From Candidatus Bathyarchaeota archaeon (GTDB taxonomy: Archaea > Thermoproteota > Bathyarchaeia > Bathyarchaeales > Bathycorpusculaceae), in contig CAWABA010000005.1 of NCBI GenBank assembly GCA_963780185.1, positions 1-64,000 on the forward strand: 64,000 nucleotides of DNA, in the 5' to 3' direction. The notes beneath the pieces were generated by a model, which was not told the DNA's origin, ran no database searches, and worked only from the letters and a program-made list of their open reading frames with translations. Each line of letters begins with the position of its first letter. Position 1 is the first letter of the stretch. The translations under genes were made by a program, and so were the position numbers. Positions 33,811 through 44,007 of this stretch are shown here, in pieces.

Positions 33811-33825
33811 TATAACGGTGTTATA
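33811..33825. promoter_or_regulatory. palindromic operator TATAAC-GGT-GTTATA
   Basis: Between TTTTAAAT TATA box (33790) and cysK start. Confidence 0.72.
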
Positions 33826-33843
33826 AAATGGAGTGAATGCGGC

Positions 33844-34794
33844 GTGAAAATAAACAACAACATATTAGAAACAATAGGCAAAACCCCACTCGTACGCCTA
33901 AACCGATTAACCGAAGGCATAAACGCAACCGTCCTAGGCAAACTCGAATCCAGAAACCCAGGTGGAAGCGTCAAAGACCGCATATGCCAAAGCATGATAG
34001 CGGAAGCGGAAAAACAAGGCCTAATCAAACAAGGCACAACCATCATCGAACCCACCAGCGGCAACACGGGCATCGGCTTAGCCATGGTAGCAGCCGTAAA
34101 AGGCTACAAGCTAATCCTAACCATGCCCGAAACCATGAGCATAGAGCGACGCAACCTGCTCAAAGCATACGGCGCACAACTCGTCCTAACGCCGGGACCA
34201 GAAGGCATGGGCGGGGCCATCAAAAAAGCCGAAGAACTATCTGCCCAAACACCTAACAGCTTTGTGCCCCAGCAATTCAAAAACCTTGCGAACCCGAAAA
34301 TTCACAGGGAAACCACTGGACCCGAAATCTGGAGCGACACCGACGGCAAAGTAGACATTTTAGTCGCGGGTGTAGGCACAGGCGGAACAATAACAGGCAT
34401 CGCCCAGTACATCAAGCCGCTCAAACCATCCTTCAAAGCCGTGGCTGTTGAACCAGCAGCTTCGCCAGTGCTTAGCGGCGGACAGAAGGGACCGCACAAG
34501 ATTCAAGGCATAGGCGCCGGCTTCAAACCCGATGTGCTTAAGCTTGATTTGGTGGATGAAATATTCAAGGTGACGGATGACGATGCACTTAAAACGGCGA
34601 GGCAGCTGGCGCAAAAAGAAGGCTTGCTTGTAGGCATCTCTTCAGGTGCAGCGACGTACGCAGCGCTTGAAATCGCGAAGCGACCGGAAAACAAAGGCAA
34701 AATCATCGTAGTCATTTTGCCAGACACAGGCGAACGCTACCTAAGCACAATCCTGTTCCAAGAACCCTCGGCACCCCCAAGCGCCAACATCTAG
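33844..34794 (+). CDS. cysK: cysteine synthase A (O-acetylserine sulfhydrylase)
   Basis: [39 protein letters not shown]. Confidence 0.96.
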   Translation: MKINNNILETIGKTPLVRLNRLTEGINATVLGKLESRNPGGSVKDRICQSMIAEAEKQGLIKQGTTIIEPTSGNTGIGLAMVAAVKGYKLILTMPETMSIERRNLLKAYGAQLVLTPGPEGMGGAIKKAEELSAQTPNSFVPQQFKNLANPKIHRETTGPEIWSDTDGKVDILVAGVGTGGTITGIAQYIKPLKPSFKAVAVEPAASPVLSGGQKGPHKIQGIGAGFKPDVLKLDLVDEIFKVTDDDALKTARQLAQKEGLLVGISSGAATYAALEIAKRPENKGKIIVVILPDTGERYLSTILFQEPSAPPSANI

Positions 34795-34862
34795 CGCCCA
34801 CGGCGAGCCGTTTCTCTTATATTGACCCTTTTTTATTTTATGAACGGAAGGTCAGAAAACAG

Positions 34863-35918
34863 ATGGTAACCAAAACTGAAAAGCCGCGCATTAAAGGCGA
34901 TGTGCAAGCAAGCGGAAGCGAGGAAGTTGACGCGTGGAATCCCGATCGGGTGCTGGATGCGCTTATGAGCAATAATGTCGAGGTTGAGGGGGATTGGGTT
35001 GAGAAAGGCTTGCCGAAACTTGTGGATGAGATGGTTGCTAATTATGAGCGGTTCGGCGGCATGGATCACCTCACGGGGCGGGATCTTCCTTCGGTAGAGG
35101 TGGTTGTTGAGGTGCTGGATGATTTGTTCGCGATTCTTTTTCCTGGTTACCTTGGCAAGGAAGAAATTACTAACGCCAACATCAGGTACCATCTGGGTGC
35201 CAAGCTGAATTCTGTTTATGTTAGGCTTACGGGTGAGGTGGAGAAAAGCCTCAAGTACATCTGCAGGAAAACGGGGGCATGTCCCCAAGATGTGTGCCAA
35301 TCACGCGCCCATATTGTTGTTAAGGGGCTTCTTGAAAAGCTGCCTGAAATAAGGTCCATGTTGAGCGGAGATATTCAATCGGCATACGCAGGTGACCCGG
35401 CGGCAGTGAGCACGGACGAAGTAATTTTAAGCTACCCGTGCGTGCTGGCAATTACAGCCTACAGAATAGCTCATGTGCTTTACCTTGACGGAATCCCGTT
35501 GATTCCAAGAATAATGAGCGAGCACATCCACTCAGTAACAGGCATCGACATCCATCCAGGCGCAACCATCGGCAAAAACTTCTTCATCGACCACGGCACA
35601 GGCGTAGTAATCGGCGAAACCACGGAAATAGGCGACAACGTGAAACTCTATCAAGGTGTCACCTTAGGCGCTCTGAGTTTTCTGAAAGATGCAGAAGGCA
35701 ACATCATAAAGGGACGAAAAAGACACCCTACGATTGGAAACAACGTGGTTATCTATTCGGGAGCCACGATTCTGGGGCCTTGCGCGATAATCGGTGACGA
35801 CGTAGTAATCGGCGGGAACGCTTGGGTGACCACGCCTGTCGCTTCAGGGACAAAGATAATTGCAGCCCCTGAACAGAACCGCAAAAAAGAAAACCACGAC
35901 AAAGACGTTCAATCCTGA
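34863..35918 (+). CDS. cysE: serine O-acetyltransferase
   Basis: [41 protein letters not shown]. Confidence 0.93.
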   Translation: MVTKTEKPRIKGDVQASGSEEVDAWNPDRVLDALMSNNVEVEGDWVEKGLPKLVDEMVANYERFGGMDHLTGRDLPSVEVVVEVLDDLFAILFPGYLGKEEITNANIRYHLGAKLNSVYVRLTGEVEKSLKYICRKTGACPQDVCQSRAHIVVKGLLEKLPEIRSMLSGDIQSAYAGDPAAVSTDEVILSYPCVLAITAYRIAHVLYLDGIPLIPRIMSEHIHSVTGIDIHPGATIGKNFFIDHGTGVVIGETTEIGDNVKLYQGVTLGALSFLKDAEGNIIKGRKRHPTIGNNVVIYSGATILGPCAIIGDDVVIGGNAWVTTPVASGTKIIAAPEQNRKKENHDKDVQS

Positions 35919-36040
35919 GTAGCCAGGAATTTCGGTTAACCCAGCATTCATCAGTGATTAGTCAAGAAACTTTGACTAATTCCAGTCAAGGAACCTTTAC
36001 GGATAATCTTTTATCGCCTTAGTTTTCATAATGATGAGTC

Positions 36041-36793
36041 ATGGGATGCCTTGGCAAAAGTTTGGCTTTATTTCTTATTGTTTTGATGGTCATGTCAAGC
36101 CTAATTCTGCTGACGCTTAAGCCTGCGAACGCCCAATCAGTAGCTAAACTTTCTGTGCCAGAATTCAGCGTAACTTATGCTGATAATTCATACGATGTTC
36201 CTGCAAGTTCGACCATTGACCCATTTACTGGTCAGAGTGTGGAAAATCCAGCCCACCACGTCGTGAATAGGGTTCTCACCTTCACAATTAGAAATCAAGA
36301 AGTCACTGATGGTTTCCTACATTATGTCATTGAGATGAAAGGTCACTTTTCGGGGAACTGGACTGGTATCTACGATGGTACTGCCACGACGAATTCAGTT
36401 CTCACAGTGTGGACTTTTTCAACTTCAGACTTATCTGGAAGACAAGAAGACCAATTATACCGTGGCGGTGTCGGCTTTTATCTGCCTTATATTGGCAAGA
36501 CAGATTTTGCGGTGAAAGCCCAGACTTGGGGTGAAGTTATGGCTAAAACCTCCCCTCAAAATCCATTCGGCGGGTCGATAACTACTCTCTTTGCAGAAAG
36601 TGATTGGAGCAATCCACAAACAGTAAACCTGTCTGGAACTTCCGCTTCTCCCTCTTCTTCAAACCCAACATTTTCTTCGAGTTCATCACCAACGCCTGCC
36701 GTTCCGGAGATTTCTTGGTTGACGCTTGCGCCGTTGTTGCTCTCTCTGCTGTTAGTTGCAGTCGGGTTTAGAAGTCGAAAGGTACATATTTGA
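36041..36793 (+). CDS. secreted protein with PEF-CTERM-like anchor
   Basis: Signal peptide, VPEF N-terminal motif, SDWSNPQT, S/P linker, VPEI-TM-basic tail. Confidence 0.65.
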   Translation: MGCLGKSLALFLIVLMVMSSLILLTLKPANAQSVAKLSVPEFSVTYADNSYDVPASSTIDPFTGQSVENPAHHVVNRVLTFTIRNQEVTDGFLHYVIEMKGHFSGNWTGIYDGTATTNSVLTVWTFSTSDLSGRQEDQLYRGGVGFYLPYIGKTDFAVKAQTWGEVMAKTSPQNPFGGSITTLFAESDWSNPQTVNLSGTSASPSSSNPTFSSSSSPTPAVPEISWLTLAPLLLSLLLVAVGFRSRKVHI

Positions 36794-36879
36794 AATAGGG
36801 TTTCTTGCTTGTTGTGCCCGTGTTTTCAGCTTAAGCAAGCTTAAATAAAAGGCTGAGACAGATTTTATGTGTAGTCTGA

Positions 36880-36955
36880 GCCTAGGTGGCCGAGTCGCAT
36901 AAGCAATCGCCTGCAGAGCGATTTTACAAGGGTTCAATTCCCTTCCTAGGCTCCA
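36880..36955 (+). tRNA. tRNA-Cys(GCA) copy 2, divergent D arm
   Basis: GCCTAGG/CCTAGGC acceptor, ATCGC-CT-GCA-GA-GCGAT, AAGGG-TTCAATT-CCCTT, U73, CCA. Confidence 0.85.
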
Positions 36956-37075
36956 TTTTCATTTCAAACTTTGGCTGGTTCGCGTGATTCTGTTTTTCGC
37001 AATTTCGAGGTTTGATTGGCTTGGGTGACTTGATAGTGTTTATATTACTTCGGCTTGATTTAATAAAACCGAAGA

Positions 37076-39574
37076 GTGAAACCGATGCAAGCCTTGCCTA
37101 AAGAATACAATTTCCTCGAAATAGAACGTAAATGGCAGCAGAAATGGGACGAAACAGGCATTTTCCGCTACGACTGGAACGACACCAAGCGGGTACCCTT
37201 CAGCATAGATACGCCTCCGCCTTACCCGTCGGGCGAGTTGCACATGGGAAACGTCCTGAACTGGACCTATTTCGACATGGTTGCCCGCTACAAGAGAATG
37301 CAAGGGTTCAACGTGCTGTTTCCGCAGGGCTGGGATTGCCACGGTTTAGGAATAGAAATCCAAGTTGAAAAACAAAACAACATCCGCAAACGGGATTTGC
37401 CAACAGACAAGTTCCGTGAGATGTGCATTGCATTGGTCGAGAAGTACATTGCTATGATGAAGGAAGGCATCCTCCGGTTGGGCTGCAGCATCGACTGGAC
37501 CACCGAGTACCGCACCATGGACCCCGACTATTGGCGCCGCACACAACTCAGCTTTATTCTTCTCCACAAGAAAGGCTTCATGTATCAGGGCACTCACCCC
37601 GTGAACTGGTGTCCCCACGATGAAACAGCCATAGCCGACGCAGAAGTCGACTACATCAAGAAAGAAGGCACCCTGCACTACATCCGCTTCCAAATTGCGG
37701 AAACCAAGGATTTCTTGATGATTGCCACTTCACGACCCGAATTCATACCCGCATGCGTCGCCATCGAAGTAAACCCCAACGACGAGCGATACTGCAAGTA
37801 CATCGGCAAAACAATCATTGTCCCCATGGTAAACCGCCCAGTCACAGTCATCGCCGACGAATGCGTAGACCCCGCCTTCGGCACAGGCGTCGTCATGATA
37901 TGCACCTACGGCGACAAAGAAGACGTCAAAACAGTACTCAAAAACAAACTCCCAGTCATCACCCTGCTCACCGAGAACGGGCGCATCACTGAAAACGGCG
38001 GCAAATATGCAGGCTTATACATAAACCAAGCACGAGCCGCTATAGTCAAAGATTTGACGGATGCTGGTTTGCTGGAGAAAACAGAGAAAATCAGCCAGGA
38101 AGTCGGCGTTTGCGACCGATGCAAAGCCCAAGTGGAAATCCTTGAGCGCAAACAGTGGTTTATGGAAACACGCAAACTCACCGAAGCCGTTGAAAAAACC
38201 GCGAACGAAATCGTTTGGTACCCTGACTTCATGAAGAACAGGCTTGTGGACTGGGCGAAATCGCTTGATTGGGACTGGGTTATCAGCCGCCAACGAATCT
38301 TCGCGACTCCGATTCCAGTTTGGTTCTGCAAGAACTGCGGAGAACTAATTCTCGCCGACGAGAAGTGGGTGCCTATCGACCCCAAACTTGAAGGTCCACG
38401 CCTCAGCAGCTGCCCAAAATGCGGCGGAAAAGAATTCGTCCCCGAAACCGACGTTTTCGATACGTGGATGGATTCCTCGATAACCTGCGCTGTGCATGCT
38501 GGTTGGCCAGACCGTGCGGATTGGCACAGGCTTTTCCCCGCAAGCATGCATCCCTCGGGCACAGACATCATCCGAACCTGGGCTTACTACCTCATGGTTA
38601 GGCATCTGGCTCTGTTTGACGAAACCCCGTTCAAGAGCGTTCTCATCAACGGGATGGTGCTGGGTCAAGACGGCAGAAAAATGAGCAAATCCCTCAAAAA
38701 CTACATGGCGGCTCCTGAAGCCCTCAACAAGTACGGTGCAGACGCTATTCGCCAGTGGGCAGCGGGCGGAGGCGCAACTGGCTCAGACATTCCTTACCGC
38801 GTTCAAGATGTCGAGTACGGGCGGAGATTCCTTGTTAAGCTGTGGAATGCGTCGGGGTTCGCAAGCAAACTTCTTGCAGATTACCAACCAGATAGCGAGG
38901 CGCCTGTGGATCTTCAGCTTTTGGACCGTTGGATGCTTGGCCAGGCTGAAGCCGTCACTGCAAGGGTGACTGAAGCTTACGAGAAATGCCAATTCAACAT
39001 TGCAGTCGAAGAAATCCGCAACTTCACCTGGCACATGCTCTGTGACTCATATTTGGAAGCCGTCAAAGACAGGCTCTACAGACCTGAGTCGGCGGGGCAA
39101 GCACAAAAAGTCGCCGCACAAAGCGTACTCTACAGCGTCTTGTACCGTGTACTGCAGCTTCTCTCACCAGTTGTTCCGCACTTGACTGAAGAAATATACC
39201 AATGCATTTACGCCGACGCCATGGGCTACGGCAGCCTTCACGTTTCCTCTTGGCCAAAATGTGACCCGTCAAAGATTGATGCGGAAGCGGAAAAGCTGGG
39301 CAACATCATAATGGGGTTAATCAGCGAGGTTCGACGGGAAAAAGCGGAAAAACGCATGCCGCTGAACATGCCGATCAAAGTTTTGACGGTTTATGCTGGC
39401 GAAGAATCCGTTGCCAAAGCCATCAAAAGCGAGTTAGTGGATATTTGCGGCGCTTGCAAGGTGGAAAACCTACAGGTTATGCCTTCCGAAGGCGAGGGTA
39501 GAGCGTTGACGCAGTTCCCAACCGTGCACTTCGCGGCGGAATATGGGCCCCCAGTCGCCAGCCAGAAAGCCTAA
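37076..39574 (+). CDS. valS: valyl-tRNA synthetase
   Basis: DTPPPYPSGELHMGN, WVISRQR, DTWMDS, KMSKS. Confidence 0.95.
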   Translation: MKPMQALPKEYNFLEIERKWQQKWDETGIFRYDWNDTKRVPFSIDTPPPYPSGELHMGNVLNWTYFDMVARYKRMQGFNVLFPQGWDCHGLGIEIQVEKQNNIRKRDLPTDKFREMCIALVEKYIAMMKEGILRLGCSIDWTTEYRTMDPDYWRRTQLSFILLHKKGFMYQGTHPVNWCPHDETAIADAEVDYIKKEGTLHYIRFQIAETKDFLMIATSRPEFIPACVAIEVNPNDERYCKYIGKTIIVPMVNRPVTVIADECVDPAFGTGVVMICTYGDKEDVKTVLKNKLPVITLLTENGRITENGGKYAGLYINQARAAIVKDLTDAGLLEKTEKISQEVGVCDRCKAQVEILERKQWFMETRKLTEAVEKTANEIVWYPDFMKNRLVDWAKSLDWDWVISRQRIFATPIPVWFCKNCGELILADEKWVPIDPKLEGPRLSSCPKCGGKEFVPETDVFDTWMDSSITCAVHAGWPDRADWHRLFPASMHPSGTDIIRTWAYYLMVRHLALFDETPFKSVLINGMVLGQDGRKMSKSLKNYMAAPEALNKYGADAIRQWAAGGGATGSDIPYRVQDVEYGRRFLVKLWNASGFASKLLADYQPDSEAPVDLQLLDRWMLGQAEAVTARVTEAYEKCQFNIAVEEIRNFTWHMLCDSYLEAVKDRLYRPESAGQAQKVAAQSVLYSVLYRVLQLLSPVVPHLTEEIYQCIYADAMGYGSLHVSSWPKCDPSKIDAEAEKLGNIIMGLISEVRREKAEKRMPLNMPIKVLTVYAGEESVAKAIKSELVDICGACKVENLQVMPSEGEGRALTQFPTVHFAAEYGPPVASQKA

Positions 39575-39581
39575 ACCAACC

Positions 39582-40400
39582 CTATTTTTCCAATATTTTT
39601 GTGGCTTTCTTCAGCTCCGAGGCGGCTGCTTCCAGCTCCTTTAGCATGGCTTCGAGGTTGTTTTTGTTTTTATGGATTAGGTTGATGAAGGCGCTTCCGA
39701 CGATGACGCCGTCTGCTCCAGCGGCAATGATTTGCTTAACGTGTTGCGGTTTTGAGACTCCGAAGCCGACTGCCAAAGGAACCCTTCCAGATGTGAAAGG
39801 CAGAACCCGTTTGATAAGCTGAATCGTGGAGTCATCCACTGTCGTTTTCGCTCCGGTGACGCCGAAGTGGGAAACAAGGTAGAGAAAGCCCGAAGAGGAC
39901 TGAACTATCTTTATTAGCCGCTCAGGTGAGGTGGATGGAGCCGCCAAAAAAATCGTGTCCAACCCAAAAGTCGCTGCTGCTCGCTTTAAGTCGCCTGATT
40001 CTTCAACCGGCAAGTCGGGAACAATAAGGCCGTCAACCATGCATTCCTTGGCTAAACGGCAAAACCTCTCCAACCCCGTCCTGAAAACAGGGTTATAGTA
40101 AGTCATTATTACGATTGGCGTGTCGTGGCTTTTGTGTATCTTTCTTGCTATCTGCCGCACTTTTAGCGGCGTCGTTCCTGCAGCCAACGCTCGGACGCTT
40201 GCAGCTTGAATTGTCGGTCCATCAGCTATCGGGTCAGAAAACGGCAACCCAAGTTCCAAAATGTCGACTCCGCCTCGGATTAAGGCGTCAGCTATTTTAG
40301 GCGTCAACTCTGGTGTTGGGTCTCCCGCGGTGACGTAGCCGATGAGGGCGCCGTTTCCCGCTGCTTTGGCTTTTCGGAATGCTTCTGTTATCGTGTTCAT
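39582..40400 (-). CDS. trpA: tryptophan synthase alpha chain
   Basis: [31 protein letters not shown]. Confidence 0.96.
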   Translation of the reverse strand: MNTITEAFRKAKAAGNGALIGYVTAGDPTPELTPKIADALIRGGVDILELGLPFSDPIADGPTIQAASVRALAAGTTPLKVRQIARKIHKSHDTPIVIMTYYNPVFRTGLERFCRLAKECMVDGLIVPDLPVEESGDLKRAAATFGLDTIFLAAPSTSPERLIKIVQSSSGFLYLVSHFGVTGAKTTVDDSTIQLIKRVLPFTSGRVPLAVGFGVSKPQHVKQIIAAGADGVIVGSAFINLIHKNKNNLEAMLKELEAAASELKKATKILEK

Positions 40401-41593
40401 ATTTTCGCCCCTATGTAGTCAGCGACGGTTTCGACGTCTTTGTCTCCGCGTCCTGAAAGAGTTACCACGATGGATTGTGTCTTCTTCATTTTCGCTGCAA
40501 GCTTCATGGCGTAAGCTACCGCGTGTGAGGATTCTAAGGCAGGGAGGATTCCTTCTTCTTTGCAGAGCGTAAGGAAAGCGTCGACAGCTTCTTTGTCGGT
40601 GGCTGAGGTGTACTGTGCTCTTTTGAGGGTTTTGAGGAAGGAGTGTTCAGGTCCGACGCCTGGGTAATCTAAACCCGCTGAAACGCTGCTGGTGTTCTGG
40701 ATTTGCCCGTTGCTGTCTTGCAAGATGTAGGTTAGCATGCCGTGGAAGACTCCTTCGGCTCCGGCGCCCAAAGACGCTGCGTGCCTGCCCGTTTCCAAGC
40801 CTTCGCCCGCAGCCTCCACGCCGATAAGCGCAACTTCTGCATCGTCTTCAAACGGATAAAACGTGCCGACCGCGTTGCTTCCGCCGCCCACACACGCCAC
40901 CAACGCGTCTGGAAGGCAGCCTTCTTTTCGTTGGAATTGCTCCTTGATTTCTTTGCCTATGACACTTTGAAAATCGCGTACCATCATCGGGTACGGGTGA
41001 GGACCAACAACCGAGCCAATCAGGTAATAGGTGCACTCCAAGTTGGTTACCCAGTCGCGGAAGGCTTCGTTTATCGAGTCTTTGAGGGTTTTTGAGCCAG
41101 TTTCCACGGGGTGCACTTGCGCGTTTAGGAGTTTCATGCGGAAAACGTTCAGGCGCTGCCGTTCGCAGTCTTCGGTGCCCATGTAAACTTCAGCCTTCAA
41201 GCCCAGAGCCGCGCATGCGATAGCCGTTGCCACGCCATGCTGACCCGCGCCTGTTTCAGCGATTACCCGCGTCTTACCCATCCGCTTCGCCAACAGCGCC
41301 TGCCCCAGCGTGTTGTTGATTTTGTGTGCGCCTCCGTGGGCGAGGTCTTCGCGTTTCAGGTAGATTTTTGCGCCGCCCATCTTCCGCGACAGGTTTTCAG
41401 CATAGTAGAGCGGTGTGGGTCGGCCTGCGAAGTCTGCAAGGTAGTAATCCAGTTGCTTCTGGAAGGCTGGGTCCGCTTTGGCTTGGTCGTATGCTTCTTC
41501 CAGCTCCTTAATCGCTCCCATCAGGATTTCGGGAACAAAGCGTCCGCCGTATTTGCCGTATTTTCCATCAACAGGGTACTCGGTTAACTTCAT
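40397..41593 (-). CDS. trpB: tryptophan synthase beta chain
   Basis: [39 protein letters not shown]. Confidence 0.97.
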   Translation of the reverse strand: MKLTEYPVDGKYGKYGGRFVPEILMGAIKELEEAYDQAKADPAFQKQLDYYLADFAGRPTPLYYAENLSRKMGGAKIYLKREDLAHGGAHKINNTLGQALLAKRMGKTRVIAETGAGQHGVATAIACAALGLKAEVYMGTEDCERQRLNVFRMKLLNAQVHPVETGSKTLKDSINEAFRDWVTNLECTYYLIGSVVGPHPYPMMVRDFQSVIGKEIKEQFQRKEGCLPDALVACVGGGSNAVGTFYPFEDDAEVALIGVEAAGEGLETGRHAASLGAGAEGVFHGMLTYILQDSNGQIQNTSSVSAGLDYPGVGPEHSFLKTLKRAQYTSATDKEAVDAFLTLCKEEGILPALESSHAVAYAMKLAAKMKKTQSIVVTLSGRGDKDVETVADYIGAKI

Positions 41594-42369
41594 TTCGCGT
41601 TCACAAACTCCTTCACTTTTTCTTCAACGTTGCCGCTTGACATAACCGCTGAACCAACCAGAAAAGCGCTGGCGCCTGCTCCGCGGAGGAAACGTATGTC
41701 GGCAGCAGTTTTTATTCCGCTTTCACTTACAACCAATTTGCCGTTTGAAGTGTTTTTCCCTAAAATCGTTTTGGTCACGTTCAAATCCACCTTAAAAGTT
41801 GCAAAGTCCCGGTTGTTTATCCCAACCAAATCCGCGTCTGTTTTCACGGCTGACCTGAACTCGTCTTCAGTGTGGGTTTCAAGCAGAACCTCAAGACCTA
41901 GCATGTGCGCTCCAGCAATCATTTCGTCAACGGTTTTTTCGCAGTAGCCGCGGTCAAAAAGCGCCTTTATCAACAGAACCGCGTTGGCTCCCATTTTCTC
42001 TGCGGTATAAACCTGCACGGGGCTAACGATTATGTCTTTCATCAGAACCGGAATTTCTACGGCTTCTCTTGCCGCCGCTAAAGCCTCCAACGAACCGTCG
42101 AAATGCTTCGGCTCAGTCAAAACCGACAAAGCCACGGCTCCACCTCGCTGCATCGCCACCGCAACCTCGCCCGCGTTAACGTTCTTCATGATTACGCCTG
42201 CCGAGGGGGAAGCCGCTTTGATTTCTGCTATGACTGGCATGGCTTGGCTTTGCAGAATCGCTTTTCGCAGGCTCAAGTGTCTGCTGCTTGCTGGTTTGGC
42301 TGTTTCGTAGTATCCGTCTTCGATGGTTACTTGGGCGACCCGCGCCAACACGTCAAGGTAGTCACTCAT
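41590..42369 (-). CDS. trpC: indole-3-glycerol phosphate synthase
   Basis: [30 protein letters not shown]. Confidence 0.93.
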   Translation of the reverse strand: MSDYLDVLARVAQVTIEDGYYETAKPASSRHLSLRKAILQSQAMPVIAEIKAASPSAGVIMKNVNAGEVAVAMQRGGAVALSVLTEPKHFDGSLEALAAAREAVEIPVLMKDIIVSPVQVYTAEKMGANAVLLIKALFDRGYCEKTVDEMIAGAHMLGLEVLLETHTEDEFRSAVKTDADLVGINNRDFATFKVDLNVTKTILGKNTSNGKLVVSESGIKTAADIRFLRGAGASAFLVGSAVMSSGNVEEKVKEFVNAK

Positions 42370-43423
42370 ACTTTGCTTCATACTCCTCAAGTTTAGATAG
42401 GCTTCCGCCTGAGGCCCCGATCAACGCCTTAAGCTTGCCGTAGGCTGCGCCGCTGAAGATCGATTTGCGGGCTAACTCTACGCCGCCCAAGAAGTCATCT
42501 GCTTTGCCGCCTAAAACGATTCCAGCCGCACTGTTAACCAGCACGAACTCCGTTTTTGGGTCATCGGCTGCAAGGCTGCCTCTGAGAACTTTGACGAATG
42601 CATCCGCACTTTCCTCAGCCGAATCCACACTTAAATCAGCGACGTTTGCCTGCTTTACCCCGAAGTCTCTTGGAGAAGCTTCCAACTCCGTGACTTTGCC
42701 CTGCTTCAACCATGCAACCGCCGTCTTTCCAACCGTTGAAATCTCGTCCAAACCGTCCAGTCCATGGACAACCATGGCTTCTTCGCAACCCAGCCGCCCC
42801 AACGCGTATGCCATAGGTGCGGTAAGTTTGGGGTCGTAAACTCCGAGCAACTGCGCGTTGGCGCCCGCGGGATTCGTTAAGGGTCCGAGAAGGTTGAAGA
42901 CGGTGCGTATTCCGATTTCGCGTCTGGCTTCAGCCGCGTACTTCATGGCTGGATGAAACGCTGGAGCAAACATGAAACCAACTCCAACCTCCTCAATCAT
43001 CGCCTTGACCCGCTGAGGCTCCACCATCAGGTTTAAGCCGAGTTTTTCCAGCACGTCGGCGCTTCCGCTTTTGCTGGTCACCGACCTGTTTCCATGCTTA
43101 GCCACTGAGACTCCTGCCCCCGCGATGACGAAGGCGGCTGCCGTGCTCACATTGAAGGTTTTTATTTTATCTCCGCCTGTCCCGCATGTATCCACAAGGC
43201 GACCCTTAACATTGGGGCAGATTTGGCTGCTTTCTTCACGCATGACAGACGCGAAGGCGATGAGCTCCTCAACTGCTTCGCCTTTCATTCGCAGGGCGGT
43301 TAGGAACGCGGCGGTTTGCGAATTGGTTGCTTGTCCCGACATGACTTCACGCATGATTTCGCCTGACTCGCTGCTGGTTAAGCTGGTGCCCTCGATGAGT
43401 TTCTGTATGCCTTCCCGAATCAC
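42362..43423 (-). CDS. trpD: anthranilate phosphoribosyltransferase
   Basis: DTCGTGGD, NVST, KHGNRSVTSKSGSADVLE, GLDE. Confidence 0.96.
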   Translation of the reverse strand: MIREGIQKLIEGTSLTSSESGEIMREVMSGQATNSQTAAFLTALRMKGEAVEELIAFASVMREESSQICPNVKGRLVDTCGTGGDKIKTFNVSTAAAFVIAGAGVSVAKHGNRSVTSKSGSADVLEKLGLNLMVEPQRVKAMIEEVGVGFMFAPAFHPAMKYAAEARREIGIRTVFNLLGPLTNPAGANAQLLGVYDPKLTAPMAYALGRLGCEEAMVVHGLDGLDEISTVGKTAVAWLKQGKVTELEASPRDFGVKQANVADLSVDSAEESADAFVKVLRGSLAADDPKTEFVLVNSAAGIVLGGKADDFLGGVELARKSIFSGAAYGKLKALIGASGGSLSKLEEYEAKYE

Positions 43424-44007
43424 AGCCGCCTAGCCTCCAAAAAATTCTTGATGATGAGTTTACCGTCTTCGCATAGGATGGATTCAGGATGAAACTGAAC
43501 GCCGTCAATCGGGTACTTTATGTGGCGCACACCCATGATTTCTCCGTCTTCAATGCATTCCGCCGAAATTTCTAAGCATGAAGGCAAAGAGCTGCGTTCT
43601 CCAGCAAGAGAATGGTACCGCGTCGCCGAGAAAGGATTTCGGACATCGGCAAAGATGCCTTTCTGGTCATGCTTTATGATGCAGGTTTTCCCGTGCATGA
43701 GCCGTTTGGCGTGGATGATTTTTCCGCCGTAAGCGTGGATTACTCCTTGGTGACCGAGGCAGACGCCAAGAGTTGGGGTTGTTTGGCTCATGGTTTGCAG
43801 GATTTTTGTGCAGACGCCGAAGTACCTCTCGTCCTCGGGTGTGCCTGGACCTGGCGAAATCACGATTCGGTCAGGTTTGAGCGCCGTCAACTGCTCCATG
43901 GATACTTTGTCGTTGCGGTAAACCACGGGGTCGCCGCCTAGTTCGCCAATGTACTGGACAAGGTTGTAAACGAACGAATCGTAATTGTCAATCACAAGTA
44001 CCTTCAC
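43420..44007 (-). CDS. trpG: anthranilate synthase component II
   Basis: IDNYDSF, SPGPG, GVCLGHQ, QFHPES. Confidence 0.95.
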   Translation of the reverse strand: MKVLVIDNYDSFVYNLVQYIGELGGDPVVYRNDKVSMEQLTALKPDRIVISPGPGTPEDERYFGVCTKILQTMSQTTPTLGVCLGHQGVIHAYGGKIIHAKRLMHGKTCIIKHDQKGIFADVRNPFSATRYHSLAGERSSLPSCLEISAECIEDGEIMGVRHIKYPIDGVQFHPESILCEDGKLIIKNFLEARRL

